64,000 bases of DNA from a bacterium (GTDB lineage: Bacteria > Patescibacteriota > Minisyncoccia > Phycocordibacterales > UBA2100). This document shows positions 40,673 through 49,143 of the stretch, piece after piece. Where the stretch lies: NCBI GenBank assembly GCA_021781955.1, contig JAJXVV010000001.1, forward strand, positions 26,688 to 90,687. Reading direction: 5' to 3'. A program made the position numbers and the translations under genes. The notes beneath the pieces were generated by a model. It did not search any database. It had not been told where the DNA came from and was given only the letters and a program-made list of their open reading frames with translations. Numbering within the stretch: position 1 is the stretch's first letter; each line of letters starts with the position of its first letter.

Positions 40673-41419
40673 ATGGCCACCGTGAGCCGACCGCACCCAT
40701 TCCACGTCCTGCGAGACATCGGGCTTTCCGAGAAGGAAGCGACGATCTACATCACGCTTCTTGGCCAGCAGCGGATGACCATTGCATATCTCGCGCGATC
40801 ATCGGGGATCAAGCGCGCGACCTGCTACGAACATCTCGACCAGCTTTTAGCACGCGGCTTCATACGAAGAATACCGGTCGGTAAGCGCATGATGTATACC
40901 GCCACAGAGCCTAAGCGCATCCTTTCTGATTTCAAGAGAAAGACTGCGCTGCTCGAACAGAGCGTGTATGAGATGACCGATATGCACGAGACAGCCATGA
41001 ATAAACCGAAGATCAGCTACTTCGAGGGGAAGCACGAGATCAGGACTATTTATGAAGATCTTTTCAAAACATCTGGTGATGTCTACTCAATCTTCCCTGC
41101 CGCAGCTTTCCTCGAGAATTTCACCGAGGGTGATTACGAGGAATTCGACAAACGGATCAACCAACGCGGCCTCAAAAGCCGTGACTTACTCGTGAACGAC
41201 AAATTCTATAAGAAGATCGAGGAAATACGGGCTAAAAATGAAGGGAATAAGTCCCATAAAAGGCTCCCTCCGTGGTTCACGTGTAACGTTGATGTGCTTG
41301 TATTTGCGGATAAAATAGCTCTCATAGGACTAAGGGACCTATCGGGGATCGTCATTGAGAACAGGGATATAGCTTTACTTTTCAAGAACCTGCACGATTT
41401 TCTTTGGGAATACGCTTGA
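40673..41419 (+). CDS. TrmB-family HTH transcriptional regulator
   Basis: N-terminal wHTH (DIGLSEKEATIYITLLGQQRMTIAYLARSSGIKRATCYEHLDQLLARGFI) plus C-terminal TrmB-like domain. Lies in a lower-GC region. Confidence 0.7.
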   Translation: MATVSRPHPFHVLRDIGLSEKEATIYITLLGQQRMTIAYLARSSGIKRATCYEHLDQLLARGFIRRIPVGKRMMYTATEPKRILSDFKRKTALLEQSVYEMTDMHETAMNKPKISYFEGKHEIRTIYEDLFKTSGDVYSIFPAAAFLENFTEGDYEEFDKRINQRGLKSRDLLVNDKFYKKIEEIRAKNEGNKSHKRLPPWFTCNVDVLVFADKIALIGLRDLSGIVIENRDIALLFKNLHDFLWEYA

Positions 41420-41454
41420 ATCTAAAGGACATTTAATGTCCTTTATCATGTCCC

Positions 41455-41877
41455 TTACAAAATCTGCTCAAAAAGCCGGCAATGGGCAACTCTTTTGGTC
41501 GTGTCGAGATATACGCCGACCGCATCTATTTGGAATTCCCTGCTGTCCTCATTCTGAGCCATGTATGATTGAGCAGTCCTCGCTATCTTTCTCAATTTTG
41601 CCTGATGTATCTGCTCTTCCGGTCGGTATCCCGACGTCTCACGTGAACCATTGTATCCTGGCGGCAGGCCAGACAATGTCTTCACCTCAATGAATCGGAC
41701 AACCCCGGCTTTTTCTGCAATTATGTCGATCTCACCCCACGGTTTACGGTAATTCCTCTCAATGATGACAAATCCTTTTCTCTCAATGAATCGCGCTGCC
41801 GCACTTTCACCAATCCTCCCAATCTCCTTCCGCTTTGAATTCTCCATCTGTGAATTATACAGACTTACTTGGCGCAT
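41455..41877 (-). CDS. yraN: YraN-family (UPF0102) endonuclease-like protein
   Basis: …IGESAAARFIERKGFVIIERNYRKPWGEIDIIAEKAGVVRFIEVKT… matches the YraN/restriction-endonuclease-like fold signature. Confidence 0.75.
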   Translation of the reverse strand: MRQVSLYNSQMENSKRKEIGRIGESAAARFIERKGFVIIERNYRKPWGEIDIIAEKAGVVRFIEVKTLSGLPPGYNGSRETSGYRPEEQIHQAKLRKIARTAQSYMAQNEDSREFQIDAVGVYLDTTKRVAHCRLFEQIL

Positions 41878-41884
41878 TTCACGT

Positions 41885-41911
41885 GAACCATGTTTCTAAG
41901 AAACATGGTTC
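41885..41911. promoter_or_regulatory. perfect 13-bp inverted repeat with 1-nt spacer (GAACCATGTTTCT A AGAAACATGGTTC)
   Basis: Read directly in the AT-rich intergenic region upstream of yraN. Nearby copies of TCACGTGAACCA occur at about 41640 and 41878. Could be an operator or a bidirectional terminator. Confidence 0.6.
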
Positions 41912-42231
41912 TTGTACTTCATTGGTGGGAATGATGATCTCAATCATTTGATGAGCCGTAATATCCGCATATGGACACGTATTACATGCGTCCTTTTAAA
42001 CATGTCCTTTATCCACAGTATCCACAGACTTTTCCACACATCGTTTGCGGTCATTTGTATCGAGCACGGCGAATTTGGGATGAAGAGCAGGGCTCTTTGT
42101 CTCTTGAATTATCGACTTTGAGAGTTTGTTTCTGCCAACATTCTGCGGACCTATCGGCTCAGAATCGTCATGCTTTACAACACGAAACGCGCCTTGACGT
42201 ATAGGCAGGCCACATACTACGGTGGCCATGT

Positions 42232-43212
42232 ATGGAACATGAAAGGGTTTCTTATTACAAGTCGCTCCTTTCCGCGTGCGCGGGCTTGGCTCTTTTTGCG
42301 TTCTTCATGCTCCCGACGAGTGCGTTCGCTCTACAAGTGCAAAGCCAGACAGCACAGCTCTTACCTCCAGGAGGGAGTAGCTGCGCACCGATCACTATTA
42401 CCAGCGTGACACCGTACGTGTACAGCGACGGTCTCAACTCTTTTGAATTCACGGTCTCTGATCCTTCCTACGTTGCGGTGTTGGCTTCGGTAGGGAAGGT
42501 GACCGAACCGCTCAACTTCATTACTCGCTATGCGGACCCCTCTGGCGGCGTGCGCGTCCATGTGGATATTAATTCGACGCCAGTTGGTCAGACAGTACCG
42601 ACCGTGGTCACGTTGCTTTCGGCACGCCCCGGCGCGCCGGTCTGCGCTGCGGTCGTCGCCATCGACTTCAGCGCCGGTGCCTCGAACGTCGTGCCGGCTG
42701 TCAGCCAGAGCGCCGCTCCGGCCTACCCGACGGCAACAACTGACCGCCAGCGCCCAGCGGCCGCGTCGCCGACAGGCCACATCGGGGCGACCCCGACGAC
42801 CGGAGCCTCGCAGGCGAGCGCGGCAATAGGTGTCGCTGCCGGCATTGCCACGCCGCTCACCATCAAGCCGCTGTGCTCGTCTGATGCGGTCGCGTATCGG
42901 ACGTGGCTCATGCTGCTTGTGCTGTACGCGGTCTTGGTCGGCGGTCTCCTCTGGCTCGAGTTTCCACTCAGCTGGACGTGGGCGAGGACGCCTGAGCGCC
43001 TCGCGACCATTATTCTTGCGGCACTCGTCCTCCTGCTCGGTTTCTGGTACTTCTCGATCTCATGCCGCGCAGCACTGTGGATGCCGCTCCTTGCGTTCCT
43101 TATCTCGATCCTTGGATTGCTTGCGGCCTTCTGGAACCACCCGAAGGTGACGCAGCTCCTCTTACTCGAGGAAAAGACGGCGATCATCACGCCCCCGTCG
43201 GTGAGAAAGTAG
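42232..43212 (+). CDS. hypothetical secreted/membrane protein (signal peptide, Ala/Pro/Thr-rich linker, C-terminal TM helices)
   Basis: 326 aa with no recognisable catalytic motifs. Confidence 0.5.
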   Translation: MEHERVSYYKSLLSACAGLALFAFFMLPTSAFALQVQSQTAQLLPPGGSSCAPITITSVTPYVYSDGLNSFEFTVSDPSYVAVLASVGKVTEPLNFITRYADPSGGVRVHVDINSTPVGQTVPTVVTLLSARPGAPVCAAVVAIDFSAGASNVVPAVSQSAAPAYPTATTDRQRPAAASPTGHIGATPTTGASQASAAIGVAAGIATPLTIKPLCSSDAVAYRTWLMLLVLYAVLVGGLLWLEFPLSWTWARTPERLATIILAALVLLLGFWYFSISCRAALWMPLLAFLISILGLLAAFWNHPKVTQLLLLEEKTAIITPPSVRK

Positions 43213-43268
43213 TTCAGCGATTGCCGCTGCGCGCAGCTCCGGGTATAATCCCTCGGTACGTGCAGCAC

Positions 43269-43339
43269 GCGGGCATGGTTTAATGGTAGAACGCTACCTT
43301 GCCAAGGTAGAGATCGGAGTTCGATTCTCCGTACCCGCA
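43269..43339 (+). tRNA. tRNA-Gly (anticodon GCC)
   Basis: GCGGGCA..GTTTAATGGTAGAAC..CTACC-TTGCCAA-GGTAG..CGGAGTTCGATTCTCCG-TACCCGC-A. One C-A mismatch in the acceptor stem. Confidence 0.72.
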
Positions 43340-43467
43340 CAAACGTCAGCAGCCAGAATATCCAACCGTGAAGCCCCGAAATCAGTCGAGATCGGTTCGA
43401 TACCGCGATGCGTTGCTGGTCGAGAACCTGCAGGGATGGTTCGTGAAAAGGAGGTTGTGCGACCGCC
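43337..43467. repeat. 131-bp imperfect direct repeat, copy 1 (copy 2 at 44557-44688, about 85% identical)
   Basis: GCAC(A/G)…GTCAGCAGCCA(G/C)AATATC…GAAATCAGTCGAG…GATACCGCGATGCGTTGCTG…GGTTCGTGAAAAGG(A/G)G(G/A)TTGTGCGAC is shared by both copies. Copy 1 starts within the last 3 nt of tRNA-Gly(GCC). Confidence 0.8.
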
Positions 43468-43476
43468 TCCCTGGAC

Positions 43477-44226
43477 GTGTACAATCCGAGCATGTCTCCG
43501 CTCGCAAGCCGCGCCCACATCGTCTTCACCACCCTCTTTCTATACCACTTCGCCCGCCGCCCCGCCCGAGGCATCCGCAAGACGCCGTTCGGGAAGTATG
43601 ATCGGCTGCTGTTTCGCAATGCTGGCGAGTCGCCGCTCGCCCTGTTGCTGAAAGAACAGCTCATTGCAGAGCCGAGTGCTGTGGAGGTCCTGGTGAAGAA
43701 AGGGGCGGATCAGCATATCGACGACACTGATCTGGAGTCGGTCATCATAGCGGTCCGCGAAGAGCCGAATACGCTGTTCATTCTCGTGTACGAAGGCGAA
43801 GTCCCCTCAGACGACTACCTCCGCCTCTTCCGCGCCTTCGCGCGGCACCAGATCGTCATCCTGCCGCTGGGAGAAAAGGATCTCGCCAGCTTGGAGAGAT
43901 GGGTCGGGAATGGCAATTGCAACGCTTGCCTCGTGTACCTCACCCTGCTCGCCGACAAGGTGACGTCCGAAGACGAGCGCCTGCCCGAGCGGTATGCATA
44001 CCGGATGCAGCGGCAGCAGGAAGCAAATCGCGCCCGTCTCGAGCGCATGGGGAAGCTGGAGGGACCGCAGCTGCGGACGCTCGTGAAGCTGCTCTCCTTC
44101 CTCCTCTCGTTCGAGAGGGCGGGAAGCGAGGTGTCGGAAGCCTGTCGCGCCTCCAGGATCTCCCGCAAGACCTTCTACCTCTGGCGCGACAAAAACCCAA
44201 TCTTCCGAACGCTGCTCGATGCATGA
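43477..44226 (+). CDS. hypothetical protein with C-terminal helix-turn-helix (transposase/terminase-small-like HTH); N-terminal alpha/beta domain with weak TIR-like features
   Basis: C-terminus SEACRASRISRKTFYLWRDKNPIF is a typical HTH_23/28-type motif. N-terminal KYDRLLFRN…LFILVYEGEVPSDDYLRLFRAFARH faintly resembles the TIR betaA and betaD-alphaD segments, but the domain is too short for a canonical TIR. Confidence 0.45.
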   Translation: MYNPSMSPLASRAHIVFTTLFLYHFARRPARGIRKTPFGKYDRLLFRNAGESPLALLLKEQLIAEPSAVEVLVKKGADQHIDDTDLESVIIAVREEPNTLFILVYEGEVPSDDYLRLFRAFARHQIVILPLGEKDLASLERWVGNGNCNACLVYLTLLADKVTSEDERLPERYAYRMQRQQEANRARLERMGKLEGPQLRTLVKLLSFLLSFERAGSEVSEACRASRISRKTFYLWRDKNPIFRTLLDA

Positions 44227-44556
44227 GTCAGCCTGAGACTGCGGGAAACTACACATCTAGGACGCCCTGCCGTGTCTCATTCCGTGTAATTGTCTAGCTG
44301 CCAAAACTCCAAAATTTTGGCATTGTTTGGCTTTTCGGTTCGCAACCGCGTTGCATCGACGGAAACGGCCTCGGATTCCCGAAATGTCCTTACGGGGCTT
44401 GCTGGAATCCTCAAAAGCACTCTAAAACCGAACAATCCAAACCTCGTCGATTTCCCAACATCCACCACCGACCGCGAGGCATTGGCGATGTACGATTGAG
44501 GGCCCCCAGAAAATCCTTGTGTTGCCTCACTGGTGGGGGTGCGGTACCGTGAGGGG

Positions 44557-44688
44557 GCACACGAGTCAGCAGCCACAATATCAAGCCGTGAGGCCTCGAA
44601 ATCAGTCGAGGTCGGCCGATACCGCGATGCGTTGCTGAGTGGAAACCTGCAGAGGTGGTTCGTGAAAAGGGAGTTGTGCGACGTCGCC
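44557..44688. repeat. 131-bp imperfect direct repeat, copy 2
   Basis: See copy 1. No ORF follows this copy. Confidence 0.8.
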
Positions 44689-44757
44689 GGTGGATCGCGG
44701 GTGGACTGCCCGATTAATTTCGCGAGGGTAACGCGGTGGATGTCGCGCGGACGCGGC

Positions 44758-46572
44758 TCAATTCTCTTTGAACACGGGTACGATATTGACCGTCTGACTC
44801 TGCGAAAGGGCCGGATTGATCGGATCGGTGCATGAGAGTGTGAACACCGTCTGTCTTTCGATGGGGTTCGATACTTGGCTCGTTCCCACGAGTCCGGTCC
44901 ACTGAAGCGCGTCGGCGCTGTTTGTAACGATGCAGGTCCTCATGCTCGCCACGTTCCACGACACCTTGACCTGCGTGCCTTTGGTGACCAAAGTCGGCGC
45001 GACGCTGAAACGAAGTATCTGCCCGGGGAGCTTCGTATTGCAGAGATTGGTCGTGGCGGAGCAGCCGTACTGGCAGCTCTGCTCGATTGCACCGGTACAG
45101 CTGTCGTGGATGTTGCCGTCCGACTCGCAGAGGCCGGTTGACACGCACCCGGTCTGGATGCACTTGCCGCTCTGAGTGCAACCGGCGACACAGGTCATAT
45201 CGAGCGCGCCCGTGCAGGCGTTGTAGAGGCTGCCATCGGTTTTGCAGAGGTCGGGGAGCTGGCAGCTCGCATTGCACTGGTTGGTGGCGGTGGAGCAGCC
45301 GTTGCCGCCACAGCTCGTTTCGGTGCCGCAGGAGTTGGCGAGATTGCCGTCGGCTTGGCAGATGAGGATGGAATTGCCCGAGGAGTCGACCTGCGGGGTG
45401 CAGGAGTTTGAACCGTTTCCGCCGACGGTGGCGGAACACATCGCGGTTTGAGGAGCAGTCAGATCGCCGCCCCAACTGATGACGACCGATCCGTCGATAT
45501 TCGACGGGGACCCTCCGCCCGTCGTCGTGGTGCAGCTCGATACGCCAGTGCCGTTACAGTAGCCCGAACCGCCGCCGCCGCCGCCGCCCGCAACGACCGA
45601 ATCCGCCGAGCACCATGCGCCGCCGCCGCCGCCCGCGCCGCCGTACAGGCCTCCGCCGCCGCCCGCGCCGCCCGCAAATCCGAGGAATCCGCCGTACCCG
45701 GCGCCGCCGTGCAACATAGTGCCGTTGGCACCGGCAAGCATTTCAGCATAGGCAATACCGCCGCTCGTCTGCGAGGCTCCTCCGCCCGGACTGCAGGACG
45801 AGAGCGCGTCGCCACCGGAAAGCCCCCCTCCAAAACCGCCGGTTCCGCTACCCGCTCCGCCCCCTCCGCCGCCAGCCGTCATTACATCGGCACCACCAAC
45901 GACGATCGCGCTGCGACCGCCGCCGCCATATCCGGTCGATAATAACTTGCTTGCTCCGTTTGCCCCTCCTCCGTATCCGCCGCCCACACCGCTGCCCGCT
46001 TTTCCTGCGATCACTGTCAACACCTGCCCGGGAGTAACCGCCAAAATCCCTTGCGTGTAGCCGCCATTGCCGCCGCCGCCCGAAACATACCTGATTCCGG
46101 TGATAGAATCCGCTACCACTTGCCCCTGGGCCCCGGCGCCTCCGGCACCCGTTAGCTCCACCCTCACGGAAGTAATCCCTTGTGGCACGGTAAACGTCTG
46201 ATCCGCGCCGGTCGCACTGAAGGTCTGGCTTTGCGTGCCGCCGCTCGAGGAAGTGCATGTCGAGCGATCCGCCGCCAACGCGTACCCGCTCGGACACGCG
46301 TAGACGGTGCCGGTGTAAACGACCGTGGTTTGCGATAACGGCACGGTCGTTGAGCCCGCGGTCGGAAAATCGCCAAGATACGGAATCGCCGGATCGGTCG
46401 AATCAATCGTGAAATCGATCGGATTGCCGGTCGACGACCACGTAAGCGTCGCGCTTTGGCTGGATGCGCCCGACATCGGAGCCGCGCTCAAGGTGCAGGC
46501 GAGATTCGCGAACGCGATGAGTGGAGTCGCCAAGCAAACGAACGGAAGCGCAAGTAACGAACGCCGGATCAT
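44758..46572 (-). CDS. secreted glycine-rich-domain protein (Gly_rich-like module + Cys-rich EGF-like region + C-terminal beta domain); paralog of 6908-9142
   Basis: 604 aa with signal peptide. QTFTVPQGITSVRVELTGAGGAGAQG…GGGGNGGYTQG…VTPGQVLTVIAGKAGSG matches the Gly-rich-protein domain pattern. The C-terminal 250 aa align residue-by-residue with the paralog (CQADGNLANSCGTETSCGG.GCST.TNQCN…KGTQVKVSW…). Confidence 0.7.
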   Translation of the reverse strand: MIRRSLLALPFVCLATPLIAFANLACTLSAAPMSGASSQSATLTWSSTGNPIDFTIDSTDPAIPYLGDFPTAGSTTVPLSQTTVVYTGTVYACPSGYALAADRSTCTSSSGGTQSQTFSATGADQTFTVPQGITSVRVELTGAGGAGAQGQVVADSITGIRYVSGGGGNGGYTQGILAVTPGQVLTVIAGKAGSGVGGGYGGGANGASKLLSTGYGGGGRSAIVVGGADVMTAGGGGGGAGSGTGGFGGGLSGGDALSSCSPGGGASQTSGGIAYAEMLAGANGTMLHGGAGYGGFLGFAGGAGGGGGLYGGAGGGGGAWCSADSVVAGGGGGGGSGYCNGTGVSSCTTTTGGGSPSNIDGSVVISWGGDLTAPQTAMCSATVGGNGSNSCTPQVDSSGNSILICQADGNLANSCGTETSCGGNGCSTATNQCNASCQLPDLCKTDGSLYNACTGALDMTCVAGCTQSGKCIQTGCVSTGLCESDGNIHDSCTGAIEQSCQYGCSATTNLCNTKLPGQILRFSVAPTLVTKGTQVKVSWNVASMRTCIVTNSADALQWTGLVGTSQVSNPIERQTVFTLSCTDPINPALSQSQTVNIVPVFKEN

Positions 46573-46584
46573 AGACCGCGATGT

Positions 46585-47037
46585 TTATTTGATCGTTATC
46601 GTACCACGCGAGCCGCTCGAGCCGTTGGAGAACGAGACGGTTCCAATCTGCGCGAAATCGGTTTGCCAGTACTCGCCTGGCTGGAGCGTCGGCGCTCCTT
46701 GAAGAGAAAGCGCGAGCGGCGTTGTGGAATTGTTGATAAAACGAACAGTGTCACCTGCCTTGATGGTCGCCGTTTGCGGCAAAAAACCTTGTCCAGCGTA
46801 CGAGACAATCAGCGCCAGCGATGTTCCTTTGAGCGCAGCCGTCCCGTGTTCCGCCACGAATGGTCCGGGGGACAAGCCATTGGCAACCTGTCGCGCATCC
46901 GTTGCGGGCGCAGGCTCGCGGCCGATGAAGCGCGTCCCGGCGGCAACGACCGCGTAGAATATCGCCGCAATAGCGACAACGAGGAGAAGAAGCGCGACGT
47001 ATGTGCGTATCGAGTGCCTTGGAATCACGGCGTTCAT
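46585..47037 (-). CDS. small membrane-anchored cupredoxin-like beta-domain protein; paralog of 9144-9584
   Basis: 150 aa. Shares PRHSIRTYVA-LLLVVA… TM anchor and …LIVSYAGQGFLPQTATIKAGDTVRFINNSTTPLALSLQGAPTLQPGEYWQTDFAQIGT…TITIK with the paralog. Confidence 0.55.
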   Translation of the reverse strand: MNAVIPRHSIRTYVALLLLVVAIAAIFYAVVAAGTRFIGREPAPATDARQVANGLSPGPFVAEHGTAALKGTSLALIVSYAGQGFLPQTATIKAGDTVRFINNSTTPLALSLQGAPTLQPGEYWQTDFAQIGTVSFSNGSSGSRGTITIK

Positions 47038-47210
47038 TGTACCAACCCGCGCACGCCGCCGCGCGGTTATTCACACGTATCCAACGACTACAATACCGTT
47101 CAAAATGCCTAGAAAGTAAGCCGGAAAATATCCGCAGGTGAATTAGCCATGTTTTCTCTGTACCTGATGTTCGAGGCACCATGGACGCATGAGCGGGCCG
47201 CTGACTGCTG

Positions 47211-47282
47211 TGCTCCCGCCAGGATTCGAACCTGGAACGACAGTTCCGAAGACTGTTGTGATATCCATTTCACCACGGGAGC
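47211..47282 (-). tRNA. tRNA-Arg (anticodon TCG)
   Basis: GCTCCCG..GTGA-AATGGATA-TCAC..ACAGT-CTTCGGA-ACTGT..CCAGGTTCGAATCCTGG-CGGGAGC-A. Confidence 0.8.
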
Positions 47283-47303
47283 AGGCAACAATCATACGCT
47301 ACA

Positions 47304-48779
47304 ATGACCCCAATGAAAACGCCGCTTCCAGTACCGGGCGAGATACTCGCGATTTGCCGCACTCTCTATGAGGCCAGTTTCCAAGCGTATCTCGTGGGCG
47401 GCTGCGTGCGCGATCTTATGCTCGGCCGCGCGCCCAAAGACTGGGACATCACGACAAACGCGTCCCCGGAGCAGATACAGGGCCTCTTCGAGAACACGTT
47501 CTACGAGAATGAGTACGGTACGGTCGGCGTCGTGACCGGATCCGACGATCCGCGCATAAAGGTGGTGGAGGTAACGCCATATCGCATCGAAGGGAAGTAC
47601 TCGAATGCGCGCCACCCCGATTCCGTGACATTCGGCGAGAGTCTCTCGGAGGATCTCAAGCGCCGCGACTTCACCATCAACGCGATCGCGTACGACCCGC
47701 TCACCGGCATGCTCATCGACGAGCATGGCGGCAAGGAAGACATCGCCGCGCGCCGCATCCGCGCCGTCGGCTATGCACAAGAACGTTTCCAGGAGGATGC
47801 GCTACGCATGCTACGCGCCATCCGACTCTCTGCGGAACTCGATTTCGTGCTCGACGGCGATACGATGGCCGGTATCGTCGCGCAGGCGAGCCAGCTGGAG
47901 AAAATATCGCGCGAGCGCGTGCGCGATGAACTCGTCCGCATCCTCATGAGCGACCGTCCGATGCAAGCGCTCTATATCGCGCACAAATTGGGCGTTCTCG
48001 CATACATCATCCCCGAACTCCAGGAGGGGATAGGCTGCGCACAGAACCAAGCACACTCGTTCGACGTTTTCGAACATCTCATGCGCAGCCTCCAGCATGC
48101 GGCCGACAAAGGCTGGTCGCTCGACGTGCGCCTCGCGGCACTCTTACACGACGTCGGCAAGCCGCGTACGAGGCTCTGGTCGGACGAGAAAGAGGACTGG
48201 ACCTTCCACGGCCACGACGTCATCTCGGCAAAGATGGCGAAAAAAATACTGAGCGACCTTAAATTCCCGAAGGAGACGATCGAGCGCGTCTCGACGCTCG
48301 TCCGCACGCACATGTTCTTCTCCGATCCGGACGTGGTGACACTCTCGGCAGTGCGCCGCGTCATCGCACGAGTGGGGAAGGACCGCATCAACGACCTCCT
48401 CAACCTACGAGTATGCGATCGCATCGGCACCGGCCGGCCAAAAGAGCATCCTTTCCGCCTACGCAAATACATGTCGATGGTGGACGAGGCGATGCGTGAC
48501 CCGATCTCGGTCGGTATGCTCAAGATTGACGGGAAGAAGCTGATGGAGCTCGGGGAGCGGCCGGGACCCCGCATCGGCTGGATACTACACGCGCTTTTGG
48601 AGGAAGTGTTGGACGACCCTGCCAGAAATACGGCTGAATACCTCGCAAAAAGGACACAAGAGCTCATGAGCGGTTCGGAAGAAGACCTTCGCAAGCTTGG
48701 CGAGGCCGGCAAGGAGCGCAAAGGGGAGGAGGACAACGCAGCCGTGCAAAAACTGCGCAAGAAACACCACGTGAACTGA
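47304..48779 (+). CDS. cca: CCA-adding tRNA nucleotidyltransferase with HD domain
   Basis: GGCVRDLMLGRAPKDWDITT… polymerase-beta-like head, then an HD phosphohydrolase motif (…LLHDVGKP…). 491 aa. Confidence 0.85.
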   Translation: MTPMKTPLPVPGEILAICRTLYEASFQAYLVGGCVRDLMLGRAPKDWDITTNASPEQIQGLFENTFYENEYGTVGVVTGSDDPRIKVVEVTPYRIEGKYSNARHPDSVTFGESLSEDLKRRDFTINAIAYDPLTGMLIDEHGGKEDIAARRIRAVGYAQERFQEDALRMLRAIRLSAELDFVLDGDTMAGIVAQASQLEKISRERVRDELVRILMSDRPMQALYIAHKLGVLAYIIPELQEGIGCAQNQAHSFDVFEHLMRSLQHAADKGWSLDVRLAALLHDVGKPRTRLWSDEKEDWTFHGHDVISAKMAKKILSDLKFPKETIERVSTLVRTHMFFSDPDVVTLSAVRRVIARVGKDRINDLLNLRVCDRIGTGRPKEHPFRLRKYMSMVDEAMRDPISVGMLKIDGKKLMELGERPGPRIGWILHALLEEVLDDPARNTAEYLAKRTQELMSGSEEDLRKLGEAGKERKGEEDNAAVQKLRKKHHVN

Positions 48780-48810
48780 TTGCAAACCATCAGATTAATC
48801 AAAAGAAAAA

Positions 48811-48885
48811 TCGCCTGACGGGGTGGCCTGAGTCTACGTTTTTCTCTTTCGTAGATTTGGGCCGCCTGCGTCAGGCGACTTTTTG
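48811..48885 (+). terminator. long imperfect hairpin plus U-tract downstream of cca
   Basis: TCGCCTGACG-GGGTGGCC…GGCCGCC-TGCGTCAGGCGA followed by CTTTTTGG. Confidence 0.55.
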
Positions 48886-49143
48886 GTGAGGCTCGTTCAT
48901 CCCGAAAGAACACGAGTTCAGTGACAATGACTTCTTGTTTCAATCGGGTCGCAGAGGCGCCCGTGACAAAAACATGTGGTGAAAGTCCATTGCCGGTATG
49001 ATCTCGTTGATGGGAATCAACGATGTCTCTCAATGTACAAGGGTTGCCGCGACCCTTACAAAGAGGATACACCGCTATTGGACACTGTAAAGGACGTCCC
49101 TGTTGATAACTTGTCCTTTATAGGGAGAATGTACAAAATGTGG

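Noticed and set aside
43283-43651. 122-aa ORF overlapping tRNA-Gly(GCC) and repeat copy 1 (and 44533-44835 over copy 2).
   Set aside because: The two repeat copies are not conserved at the protein level in a common frame, and one ORF overlaps a tRNA. The repeats are therefore non-coding.
48961-49000. GGTGAAAGTCC motif suggestive of a cobalamin riboswitch or RNase P RNA core.
   Set aside because: Flanking consensus elements are absent: no B12 box (CCCGC…CTGTAA) and no RNase P P4 pairing (GGGCTCC/ACAG). The match looks coincidental.
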